Shown here: positions 22,807 to 30,763 of the stretch, one piece after another
How positions within the stretch are numbered: position 1 is the first letter of the stretch
How the letters are laid out: every line of letters begins with the position of its first letter
Assembly (NCBI GenBank): GCA_045401115.1
Contig: CP174359.1
Coordinates: 291,247 to 355,246 of the forward strand
Source: Candidatus Phycocordibacter aenigmaticus
Lineage (GTDB): Bacteria; Patescibacteriota; Minisyncoccia; Phycocordibacterales; Phycocordibacteraceae
Direction of reading: 5' to 3'
Length of the DNA stretch: 64,000 nucleotides
The notes under the pieces: generated by a model
The model's database searches: none
The model's input: the letters and a program-made list of their open reading frames with translations, nothing else
Told to the model about the DNA's origin: nothing
Position numbers and translations under genes: made by a program

Positions 22807-22820
22807 AGATATATTGGTGT

Positions 22821-23258
22821 TTAGAATTCGGACAGTTTAAATTCCCACTGAATATGATCACCTTCAGTAACGATGAGTGCATCAGCTCCTATTTGAGGCA
22901 TGATTCCGTTCACGGTGTACTGCCAATATCTCTTTCTGTCTCCATTTTTTTTATCACCTATCTGGGTAACAAGTGTACCGAGTCCATCGTATGTCTCAGT
23001 AGTAACCTTTAGTTGGTCGTTCTCTTTATCAAGTGTGAGGAGTACGTCGAGTATAGTCGCATCACCTTTAACACGTATTGATTCATCTTGATACATACCT
23101 TCAATAGAGATAGAGATGGTCTGCTGTTCTGTGGTTATTTCCTGTTGTTCCGTGTCACGAGGTAACTCTATCCATCCTGCGAAGAGCCAGATACCCAGTA
23201 GAGCAACAGCGAATGCAAGGGTGATGTTACGTAATAGTGTTTTTTGTTTCTTTTTCAT
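22821..23258 (-). CDS. DUF4430 (transcobalamin C-terminal-like) membrane-anchored protein
   Basis: TM anchor, LVTQIG...YWQYTVNG...GAD...GDHIQWEF. Confidence 0.8.
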   Translation of the reverse strand: MKKKQKTLLRNITLAFAVALLGIWLFAGWIELPRDTEQQEITTEQQTISISIEGMYQDESIRVKGDATILDVLLTLDKENDQLKVTTETYDGLGTLVTQIGDKKNGDRKRYWQYTVNGIMPQIGADALIVTEGDHIQWEFKLSEF

Positions 23259-23268
23259 ATATGTATTG

Positions 23269-23808
23269 TTATGAGTATGTCGGTGATGACTCTTGTACGT
23301 CATCTTTATGTGCGGTATATCGCGCAAGTGCATAGAGTAGACTAGAAAGTCTGTTGAGATATATTTTCGATGTTTGGTTGATATCGCATTGCATACGTGC
23401 TCGTAATACATTACGCTCCACACGTCTTGCTACAGCACGCGCGTAGTCAAGAAACGCTGATGATGCAGTTGAGCCAGGTATGACAAAGGAGTTTGGGTTT
23501 TTCACAATACCCTCTACTGTCTCAATAACATATTCTATGTAGGTCACATGTTCATGAGTCACTTCTTTGTACGCCCCGGCAATCTCAGCTTGGATGATGA
23601 ATAAGTGTTCTTGGACATTTTTTAGTACGTCTGCGGTGTTAATAGGTGTTTCAGTACTCTCGCCGTGAGATGCGCGGTACAATCCCAAAAGTGAATTTAA
23701 TTCATCAACACTGCCAAGTGCTTCGTACAGCACATCATCTTTAGCGAGACGTTTTTTAACCCCAAAGAGTCCTGATGTGCCATTGTCTCCAGTCTTGGTG
23801 TAAAACAT
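23269..23808 (-). CDS. pduO: ATP:cob(I)alamin adenosyltransferase, PduO type
   Basis: YTKTGDNGTS, GSVDELNS, ARAVARRVER, YLNRLSSLLYALAR. Confidence 0.92.
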   Translation of the reverse strand: MFYTKTGDNGTSGLFGVKKRLAKDDVLYEALGSVDELNSLLGLYRASHGESTETPINTADVLKNVQEHLFIIQAEIAGAYKEVTHEHVTYIEYVIETVEGIVKNPNSFVIPGSTASSAFLDYARAVARRVERNVLRARMQCDINQTSKIYLNRLSSLLYALARYTAHKDDVQESSPTYS

Positions 23809-23813
23809 ACTAG

Positions 23814-26132
23814 TTATTTTTCTTGAGGAATAACATCATCGATATCACAAGTACCACCGGCACAGGCGAGCTCTTGTTTTTGCTCTGTCTCATCAGTATG
23901 TTCGTATAAGACAAGTTTTGAGTAATCAATTGTTGGGAATGTTTTCATACGTTGTTCATACTCCTCTTTCGTTATCGCTTCATATGGCGCGAGTTGATAC
24001 ACGTGATCGAAGCGGGGGAGGAACGAGAGTCCGCCAACGATTCCCCAATTTTTTTGTATCCAATCAACAACGCTGACCCATTCATGCGCACTTATCGAAA
24101 CAGTCGCTGAGGGGTTATGTTCCGTATAATGTTCTTTTACTCGTTTCCAATACTCAAGCTGTTCAAGTGCGGTGAAGTCGTCTTTACACCGTGCCCCTTC
24201 CGGCGCACGTACGGGAAATTCAAGAACATACGTGTGTGCAGTATCTTTCGATTGCCCAACTTCTGGGTGGTAGGGCACTCCCTGTGCTTTAAGCATTTTA
24301 AAGAGTGAGTCTGTTGCAGATATTCTCACGCGCCGTACGTAGTACGGTGCGTGTCGTGGGTGAATACCGGAAGAACAGTCGAATGTTTGTGAGACGGTTC
24401 CTGAGGGTTTCACTGCAGTAACTGCCATAGATGGTTGTATACCGAATCGTTGCGCGTATTCAGCATTTGTCTTGACCGCAACATCACGTATCGCACGCAT
24501 CGTCTCTGGTTCGCGTGCTACCGGACTATCCCACTGGCCGGTCACCGATACGCCTAGAAGTCGCTCCTCCGTACAGTGTGTTTCCCATTCTTTTGAGATG
24601 TACTTGAATGTAGTGAGTGTTGATTGGTATGTGCCGAGCAGGGCCGCAATACGTGCTTTGCGAATTAGGTCTTCCTGTGAGTCGTGAGCGCGCGCAATAA
24701 CTTCTGATAGGTTACAAAATTGTTTTGATTGCAAGATTATTTCACCACATGGGTTTGTGCCAATAGGTCCTCGCACCACTCCGTCTGTGCCGATAAAGCC
24801 GACCCGAGAGAAATATTGTTTACGTCGCTCAGGGAGGCTGTTATTGAGGGATCCGCGGTTGAAAATACCGCGCTCACCAGATCCAGATTTCATCAGCGCA
24901 ATCCACTCTTCTAATAACTCTTCATTTGTTGGTGTTGTTTCATACACCGCAGAGTTATTTGCCACAGTTCGCTGTGGCTCATTGAGATAAAATTGCCCCT
25001 TCTTGGCGTCACGCATATCAGTGTCATCTAAATCTGAAAGACTTATCATTGCCGTACGCCGTACTCCACCGGAGACAACACATTCACCGATTTTGCAGAT
25101 AATGTCGTGTACATCAATTGATCGAAGTCGACGTCCTTGGCGTTTGAGTATGTGGTCACGCGCAAAGGAGAGTAGGGCGCGCAAGGGTTCTGGACCTGAC
25201 GCCTTACCTCCCATTGTTTTTAATCGTGCCCCCGCAGGGCGAATGAGTGAATAATCAAAAGAAATATCAGCACCGTTGTACCATGCAGTGAGTCCTGCGG
25301 TGAGTGCATCACACCATCCTTCTTTTGAATCGGCGACTGTATGCACGGAAGGTTTGTGTCCGGTCTGTTTTTTTATTTGAGGGAGACGCTCAACATTGTC
25401 ACTTTCAACTGAAAATCCAACCCCGCACCCTTGCATCGAGAGATACATTATCTCAGCGAAGTCAGTGAGCGCAGCGGGGGCAATAAACGTGCAGTTGTAT
25501 GCGCATGTATTACATCGGCGCGCAGGATCACCGGCAAATTGCATAAGGCGCATTGACGGCATGACTTCTTGGGTAAGAATGGCTTCTTGAACCTCAGTGT
25601 ACTCTTTGTTTGTTAACAGTGTGCCGAGGTTTTCATGCATAAAGTCCATATAGCGTGCAACCGTTTCAACCCACGTTTCGCGACGACCTTCTGACTCAAT
25701 CCACCGAGCATAGGTGCGCAGATAAATAAATTCTCCGAGTGGATTATGGGCAAAGTGTTTTTTGCTCTCTTTATGTAGAGCGCGCACATGTTCAGGGACG
25801 GTGCCATTTTTTTCTCGCGTTTCAGCGCGTTCAGACCGATAGAGAATATACGCTTTTGCTGTTTTAAGGGCCCCTGCTTTCATAAGTTCAAGCTCTACGG
25901 CGTCTTGTATATCTTCGACGGTGGGGATGGCACGCTTTGTTCTTGTGTAACGAGCGCATAGCCGTGCTTCCACTGCAGTGGCAATTTGTGTTGCGTTGGC
26001 AATAGCCTGTTCACCGGACGCCTCCATAGCTCGCTGTATAGCAGAGATAATTTTTTCTTGTTGGAAAGGTGCTTTTGCACCACTTCGCTTAATAATGGTG
26101 GTGAGTGAAGCTGTGGATTGTATTGATGACAT
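23814..26132 (-). CDS. nrdJ: class II (adenosylcobalamin-dependent) ribonucleotide reductase with N-terminal ATP cone
   Basis: ATP cone (IIKRSG...VEDIQDAVE), RTYAR, AYNC, TNPCGEI, KPSGT, C-terminal ACAGGTC. Confidence 0.93.
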   Translation of the reverse strand: MSSIQSTASLTTIIKRSGAKAPFQQEKIISAIQRAMEASGEQAIANATQIATAVEARLCARYTRTKRAIPTVEDIQDAVELELMKAGALKTAKAYILYRSERAETREKNGTVPEHVRALHKESKKHFAHNPLGEFIYLRTYARWIESEGRRETWVETVARYMDFMHENLGTLLTNKEYTEVQEAILTQEVMPSMRLMQFAGDPARRCNTCAYNCTFIAPAALTDFAEIMYLSMQGCGVGFSVESDNVERLPQIKKQTGHKPSVHTVADSKEGWCDALTAGLTAWYNGADISFDYSLIRPAGARLKTMGGKASGPEPLRALLSFARDHILKRQGRRLRSIDVHDIICKIGECVVSGGVRRTAMISLSDLDDTDMRDAKKGQFYLNEPQRTVANNSAVYETTPTNEELLEEWIALMKSGSGERGIFNRGSLNNSLPERRKQYFSRVGFIGTDGVVRGPIGTNPCGEIILQSKQFCNLSEVIARAHDSQEDLIRKARIAALLGTYQSTLTTFKYISKEWETHCTEERLLGVSVTGQWDSPVAREPETMRAIRDVAVKTNAEYAQRFGIQPSMAVTAVKPSGTVSQTFDCSSGIHPRHAPYYVRRVRISATDSLFKMLKAQGVPYHPEVGQSKDTAHTYVLEFPVRAPEGARCKDDFTALEQLEYWKRVKEHYTEHNPSATVSISAHEWVSVVDWIQKNWGIVGGLSFLPRFDHVYQLAPYEAITKEEYEQRMKTFPTIDYSKLVLYEHTDETEQKQELACAGGTCDIDDVIPQEK

Positions 26133-26148
26133 AGTGTGGGAATGGGTT

Positions 26149-26193
26149 ATATTGACAATGGTCTATATATCGTAATATAGATGGGTATCTATA
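26149..26193. promoter_or_regulatory. putative ArsR-family operator(s) between divergent nrdJ and arsR
   Basis: Palindrome tatagat-gggt-atctata (26176-26193) plus a related half-symmetric site just upstream. Confidence 0.45.
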
Positions 26194-26214
26194 AAACAAA
26201 AAAATCAATATACT

Positions 26215-26577
26215 ATGGGGACAACTAATCGTCGGAACACAAAAAAAACGTCATCGCAACCAATATTTAAACGTCCAAAGTGGGTGCCTAAAAGCGTGAC
26301 CACAGAAGAGGATCTTTGTCCGGATTGTTTTAAGGTAGTGGGTGACCGAAGTCGCTACACACTTGTGGGACTCCTCGGAAAAACGTCTTCAGGAATGACC
26401 GTTGGACAGCTCACTGATGTGTTGCAATTACGGCAACCAACAGTGACTCATCACCTAAAAATACTTGCCTCAGTTGATGCGGTAACGAGTGAAGCACGAG
26501 GACGTGAGCGTGTATATCGATTAAATCGTGATGCTCATTGTTTTGAAGAATGCCAGATTCCATACTCAACTAAATAA
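26215..26577 (+). CDS. ArsR/SmtB family regulator with Cys-rich termini
   Basis: MTVGQL...LRQPTVTHHLKIL HTH, GRERVY wing, CPDC and HCFEEC. Confidence 0.88.
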   Translation: MGTTNRRNTKKTSSQPIFKRPKWVPKSVTTEEDLCPDCFKVVGDRSRYTLVGLLGKTSSGMTVGQLTDVLQLRQPTVTHHLKILASVDAVTSEARGRERVYRLNRDAHCFEECQIPYSTK

Positions 26578-26585
26578 TTATCTCT

Positions 26586-27818
26586 ATGATTGAAACATTT
26601 CTTCTCATACGCTACTTCTTTTTTGATTGGATTGCGTGGTTCCTTGCGCTACTCGCACTCGGTATTATTCTTTTTATTAGTGCACGTAAGGTGTGTTCGA
26701 CAAAAATGGAACTCTTTTTGCTCGGGTTATTTGCAGCAAGTTCTTTGTTTTGGCTTGCCTCAGTTGGACTTCCGTCGTCTTTAACATATCCATGGAACCT
26801 GCACACCTTTGGTCCGTCTGCAGGACCTGAGTTACCTCTAAAAAACGCACTTACCTTTTTTAAGCATTTTGAAACTATAGAACGTACTGATGAAATCGCA
26901 CGTGATCCACGTAATCTACCACAACCACTAGAACGAGAGGAGGTTGCGGACGTATCAGTAACATTGGAAGCGGTTGAAGTTATTGGTGAAATGGCGCCTG
27001 AGGTAACGTTTAATTACTGGACGTTTGATGGTCAAGTGCCTGGCCCATTTTTACGGGTACGGGAAGGCGACACTGTGCACCTTACGCTTAAAAATCGCGC
27101 ATCAAATATTCACCAACATTCTATTGATCTGCACGCGGTCACTGGTCCTGGTGGTGGTCACGCAGTCACACGGGTAAACCCAGGAGAAGAGAAAACTATG
27201 ACTTTTAAGGCGTTGAATCCTGGTCTTTTTGTGTATCACTGCGCAACACCAAATGTTGCCAACCACATGGCACACGGTATGTATGGACTTATTCTTGTTG
27301 AGCCGGAAAATGGACTCTCAGAAGTTGATCACGAGTTCTACATCATGCAAGGTGAATTCTACAGTCTTGGTCGGCTTGGTCGAAAAGGGCTTCAACTTTT
27401 TGATGGGCAGGCAATGCTCGATAGTCGACCATCTTATGTTGTATTTAATGGTCGCACTGGCGCGCTTACCGATCAGATGACCGTAGGAACAGGGGAGTCG
27501 GTTCGTTTGTATGTGGGTAATGGTGGAGTAAACCTTGTGTCTTCATTCCACCTCATTGGTGAGATATTTAACCGTGTGTATCCTGAAGCGGCAATGGGAC
27601 CAAATACACCAGTGCACGAAAATGTGCAAACAACATTAATACCCGCCGGTGGCGCCACCATTGTTGAATTTAAAACAGAAGTACCAGGCACTTATATTCT
27701 TGTTGATCATGCGTTGGCGCGACTTGACCGTGGTGCATGGGGGACACTTATTGTTGAGGGAGAGGAAGATCCCACAATATTCCATGGAGACTCTTCAGCG
27801 AGTGAGCATAGTCACTAA
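26586..27818 (+). CDS. nirK: copper-containing nitrite reductase, N-terminally membrane-anchored
   Basis: HSIDLHAV, YHCA...HMAHGM, SSFHLIGE and LVDHAL supply all T1/T2 Cu ligands and the catalytic Asp/His. Confidence 0.9.
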   Translation: MIETFLLIRYFFFDWIAWFLALLALGIILFISARKVCSTKMELFLLGLFAASSLFWLASVGLPSSLTYPWNLHTFGPSAGPELPLKNALTFFKHFETIERTDEIARDPRNLPQPLEREEVADVSVTLEAVEVIGEMAPEVTFNYWTFDGQVPGPFLRVREGDTVHLTLKNRASNIHQHSIDLHAVTGPGGGHAVTRVNPGEEKTMTFKALNPGLFVYHCATPNVANHMAHGMYGLILVEPENGLSEVDHEFYIMQGEFYSLGRLGRKGLQLFDGQAMLDSRPSYVVFNGRTGALTDQMTVGTGESVRLYVGNGGVNLVSSFHLIGEIFNRVYPEAAMGPNTPVHENVQTTLIPAGGATIVEFKTEVPGTYILVDHALARLDRGAWGTLIVEGEEDPTIFHGDSSASEHSH

Positions 27819-27832
27819 TCAGTAAATGTGGT

Positions 27833-27878
27833 GCATGTACATAAACGGCTCACTCAGGTGAGCCGTTTATGTACATGC
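27833..27878. repeat. dispersed palindrome copy 2 (21-bp stem)
   Basis: gcatgtacataaacggctcac tcag gtgagccgtttatgtacatgc. Confidence 0.8.
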
Positions 27879-27892
27879 TATGCTTTTTGTAT

Positions 27893-28426
27893 ATGAAAAT
27901 CCTCGCAGAACTCACAGAAAAAAGCCTAGGTATTGAACCAGCAGAAGAGATATTGGAAAAAGAATACCGCCTACGGAAATCAGCACGCGCGGTACTGGTA
28001 AACGATAAAGGAGAAGTGTCACTTCAAAATGTCAGCCGTCTTGGTTTTTATAAACTACCCGGCGGCGGTGTCGAGTTGGGAGAGACCGAAGAAGATGCAT
28101 TACGTCGCGAGGTACATGAAGAAGTCGGGTGCGCTATTACCGATATTCACGAGCTTGGTGTGGTGATGCAATATTTTACCCGCCCACGACTTTTGCATAT
28201 TGCCTATGGATATCTAGCGCAGGTAGATGGTGCAGTGGGAGAGCCATCTTTTGAAGAAGGAGAAATTGCCGACGGCATGAAGCCGCTGTGGTGTTCTTTT
28301 GAAGAAGCACGCACTTATATTGATCCTACACAACCACTCGACCACTATGAAGGACAGTTTATTCGAAAACGCGAGCGAATATTTCTTGATGAAGCTGCGC
28401 GACAGCTTGGGATGGGATTAGTTTAG
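27893..28426 (+). CDS. NUDIX hydrolase
   Basis: GGGVELGETEEDALRREVHEEVG Nudix box. Confidence 0.92.
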   Translation: MKILAELTEKSLGIEPAEEILEKEYRLRKSARAVLVNDKGEVSLQNVSRLGFYKLPGGGVELGETEEDALRREVHEEVGCAITDIHELGVVMQYFTRPRLLHIAYGYLAQVDGAVGEPSFEEGEIADGMKPLWCSFEEARTYIDPTQPLDHYEGQFIRKRERIFLDEAARQLGMGLV

Positions 28427-28433
28427 GGATTTA

Positions 28434-28462
28434 AAAATCACTCGCAATTGCGAGTGATTTTT
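28434..28462. terminator. bidirectional terminator
   Basis: aaaatcactcgc aatt gcgagtgatttt. Confidence 0.7.
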
Positions 28463-28538
28463 TGGAGCCACCTCCCGGGATTGAACCGGGGACCTTGTCG
28501 TTACGAGTGACACGCTCTACCAACTGAGCTAAGGTGGC
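28463..28538 (-). tRNA. tRNA-Thr(CGT)
   Basis: minus strand gccaccttagctcagttggtagagc...ctCGTaa...ggttcaatcc...aggtggctcca. Confidence 0.93.
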
Positions 28539-28560
28539 AGGTCCTCTGAGTGAGGAAACC

Positions 28561-28830
28561 TGGAGCCGTTGCCCGGGCTTGAACCGGGGACCTCATCCTT
28601 CGCTTACACCTCTCCTTTATGTATACGAGAGGGCTAGACTGTATCTTCATCCAATCTAAGGATTGGATGCCCTTGTCAGTCGTTCGGGCCTGAAAGTAAA
28701 ATTTCATGCCACGGTCTGAGCCCCTCAAGGCCTTTAACCGTTATTCGGGATTCATCTCAACATTACTATTGAGATGGGCAGGGGTGTGCGACCCACCATG
28801 GATGCGCTCTACCGACTGAGCTACAACGGC
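28561..28830 (-). tRNA. tRNA-Thr(GGT) interrupted by an intron at position 36/37 (exons 28830-28795 and 28600-28561)
   Basis: Joined exons give gccgttgtagctcagtcggtagagcg-catcc-atGGT|aa-ggatg-aggtccccggttcaagcccgggcaacggctcca. Confidence 0.92.
28601..28794 (-). ncRNA. 194-nt group I intron without an ORF
   Basis: 5' exon ends in U and the intron ends in G; P2 catctcaa/ttgagatg, P4 acggt/accgt, P7 gact/agtc, P8 catccaatc/gattggatg, J8/7 aagatac, P9 cctctc/gagagg. Confidence 0.88.
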
Positions 28831-29075
28831 GAGAGACTAATGAGCATACGCGACTTTTGCAAGCAAGATGAAAATGGAAGCTCGCTTACATTTTCATTGC
28901 TGCGTAGCAAAAGAATGAGTGTATGCTCTCGGCTTGAAGACGTTGCAAGACGACCAAGAGGGAGTCTTACAACGGCTTTCTCTCAGTTCGATGCCGTTGC
29001 AAGGCGACGTTTAGGAGCCTTACAACGAGCAGCATTTTCAACAGGACGGCGTTGCAAGCTTTGCTTACAACAGTC
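28831..29075 (-). repeat. array of three tRNA-Thr 5'-end-derived hairpins plus the conserved 89-nt stem-loop
   Basis: Minus strand gccgttg-taag...cttg-caacgtc (28976-28939), ctcgttg-taag...cttg-caacggc (about 29030-28993), actgttg-taag-caaag-cttg-caacgcc (about 29075-29048); the tRNA starts gccgttgtag. Confidence 0.85.
28842..28930 (-). ncRNA. unnamed 89-nt structured element, copy B (upstream of tRNA-Thr GGT)
   Basis: Homologous to 21674-21762 with covarying stems. Confidence 0.7.
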
Positions 29076-29165
29076 TCTACTCACTGCTACTCTTATTTTT
29101 TAAAGCAGCTCTGCTATAGTACCGAAAAACTCCCATTTTGCCAAAGGTGCGATACACTAGTACCA

Positions 29166-30044
29166 ATGAACAAAGACGAAGCACAACGAAGAATTCAAGA
29201 AATCGAAGCGGCTATGGTCCAGCCTGATTTTTGGAATGACTCAGCAAAAGCACAGGAACTCATTAAAGAAATGAAAAATCTCCAGGCAGTTGCTGAGGGC
29301 GGTTCAAAGTATGACGGCGGTGGCGCCACACTGACCATCCTTGGCGGCGCCGGCGGTACCGATGCAGAAGACTTCGCAGCGATATTGTTTCGTATGTACC
29401 AAAGCTATGCCGAAAACAAAGGGTGGGATGTTATGGTGCTTCACGAAAACGCAAATGAGCACGGTGGTTATCGCAACATTACATTTGATGTATTAGGAAA
29501 GAAGGTATATGGCAATTTAAAATATGAATCTGGCGTGCATCGTTTGGTGCGTATCTCTCCGTTTAATTCGAATGCAAAACGACACACGGCGTTCGCGATG
29601 GTTGAAGTGCTTCCAAAAATTGTAGGTGATGAAGAAATTGAACTTAAAGAAGATGAACTTGATGTGCAATTTAGTAAGTCGGGTGGGGCTGGTGGGCAGA
29701 ATGTGAACAAACGCGAAACAGCAGTTCGTGTCGTACATATCCCCACCAATATGTCCGTCAGTGTTTCAAGTGAACGCAGTCAACAAGCAAACCGTGAACA
29801 AGCTATGGAGCTCCTTAAAGCAAAGTTGGTAGCGCGTGAAGAAGAAAAACAAGAAAAAGAAATGCGTGGACACTCGGTGGCCGCCACAACGTCCGCAGAG
29901 TGGGGTAGTCAGATTCGCTCATACGTACTACATCCATATAAGATGGTAAAAGATCATCGCACTGGTGTTGAAGAACGCGATATTGACTCTGTATTAGAAG
30001 GGGACTTGGATAGCTTTATAGACGCAATGCGTTCAGTAGAGTAA
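29166..30044 (+). CDS. prfB: peptide chain release factor 2, shortened N-terminal domain, no internal frameshift
   Basis: RISPF anticodon-mimic motif, GGQ, WGSQIRSYVLHPY; upstream of ftsEX. Confidence 0.92.
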   Translation: MNKDEAQRRIQEIEAAMVQPDFWNDSAKAQELIKEMKNLQAVAEGGSKYDGGGATLTILGGAGGTDAEDFAAILFRMYQSYAENKGWDVMVLHENANEHGGYRNITFDVLGKKVYGNLKYESGVHRLVRISPFNSNAKRHTAFAMVEVLPKIVGDEEIELKEDELDVQFSKSGGAGGQNVNKRETAVRVVHIPTNMSVSVSSERSQQANREQAMELLKAKLVAREEEKQEKEMRGHSVAATTSAEWGSQIRSYVLHPYKMVKDHRTGVEERDIDSVLEGDLDSFIDAMRSVE

Positions 30045-30064
30045 CATTAGTGTACATAACACAT

Positions 30065-30745
30065 ATGATTTATTTCGATGACATCTGCAAGAAGTACACT
30101 GACAACTCTGTTGCTCTTGAAAACGTAACACTCTCTATTGAACCGGAAGAGTTTGTCTCTATTGTCGGTCACGCCGGTGCGGGGAAAACTACAATTCTTA
30201 AAATGATTCTTGCGGAAGAGAAACCTTCATCAGGAGCGGTATTTTTTGAATCAGTAAACATTCATAATATTCCTCGTTCCAAACTCCACACCCTTCGCCG
30301 GAAGATGGGTACAGTGTTTCAGGATTTCAGACTCATACCGCACATGACCGCATATGAGAATATTGCTTTTGCTATGGAGGCAGCCGGTCGTTCTGATGAA
30401 GAGATTGCCGCAGATGTGCCACACGTACTCGACCTTGTTGATCTTTCTAATAAAGCGTGGAATTTTCCGTATGAACTCTCCGGAGGTGAACGCCAGCGTG
30501 TTGCTATTGGTCGCGCTATCGTGAATCAGCCCGATGTGCTCTTAGCTGATGAGCCAACTGGTAATTTAGATCCAATAAACACCTATCAAGTTGTAGAGAT
30601 TCTTAAACGCATTAACGAACTCGGTACTACCGTGATTCTCACAAGTCATAACAAAGGAGTCATCGATTCCCTTGGGCATCGTGTTATTACTATGGATAAT
30701 GGTCGTGTAGTACGTGACGATAAAGAAGGACGATACGTCTTATAA
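30065..30745 (+). CDS. ftsE: cell division ATP-binding protein FtsE
   Basis: GHAGAGKTT, VFQDFRL, LSGGERQRVAI, ADEPTGNLD. Confidence 0.92.
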   Translation: MIYFDDICKKYTDNSVALENVTLSIEPEEFVSIVGHAGAGKTTILKMILAEEKPSSGAVFFESVNIHNIPRSKLHTLRRKMGTVFQDFRLIPHMTAYENIAFAMEAAGRSDEEIAADVPHVLDLVDLSNKAWNFPYELSGGERQRVAIGRAIVNQPDVLLADEPTGNLDPINTYQVVEILKRINELGTTVILTSHNKGVIDSLGHRVITMDNGRVVRDDKEGRYVL

Positions 30746-30763
30746 GGTATAATCAAATCAACT

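Noticed and set aside
23814-26132. Intein or intron in nrdJ
   Set aside because: The ORF is continuous, its length fits ATP cone plus catalytic core, and no splicing motifs are seen.
29166-30044. Alternative genetic code (UGA recoding)
   Set aside because: RF2 is present, TGA terminates genes such as pilO, and conserved genes have no in-frame TGA.
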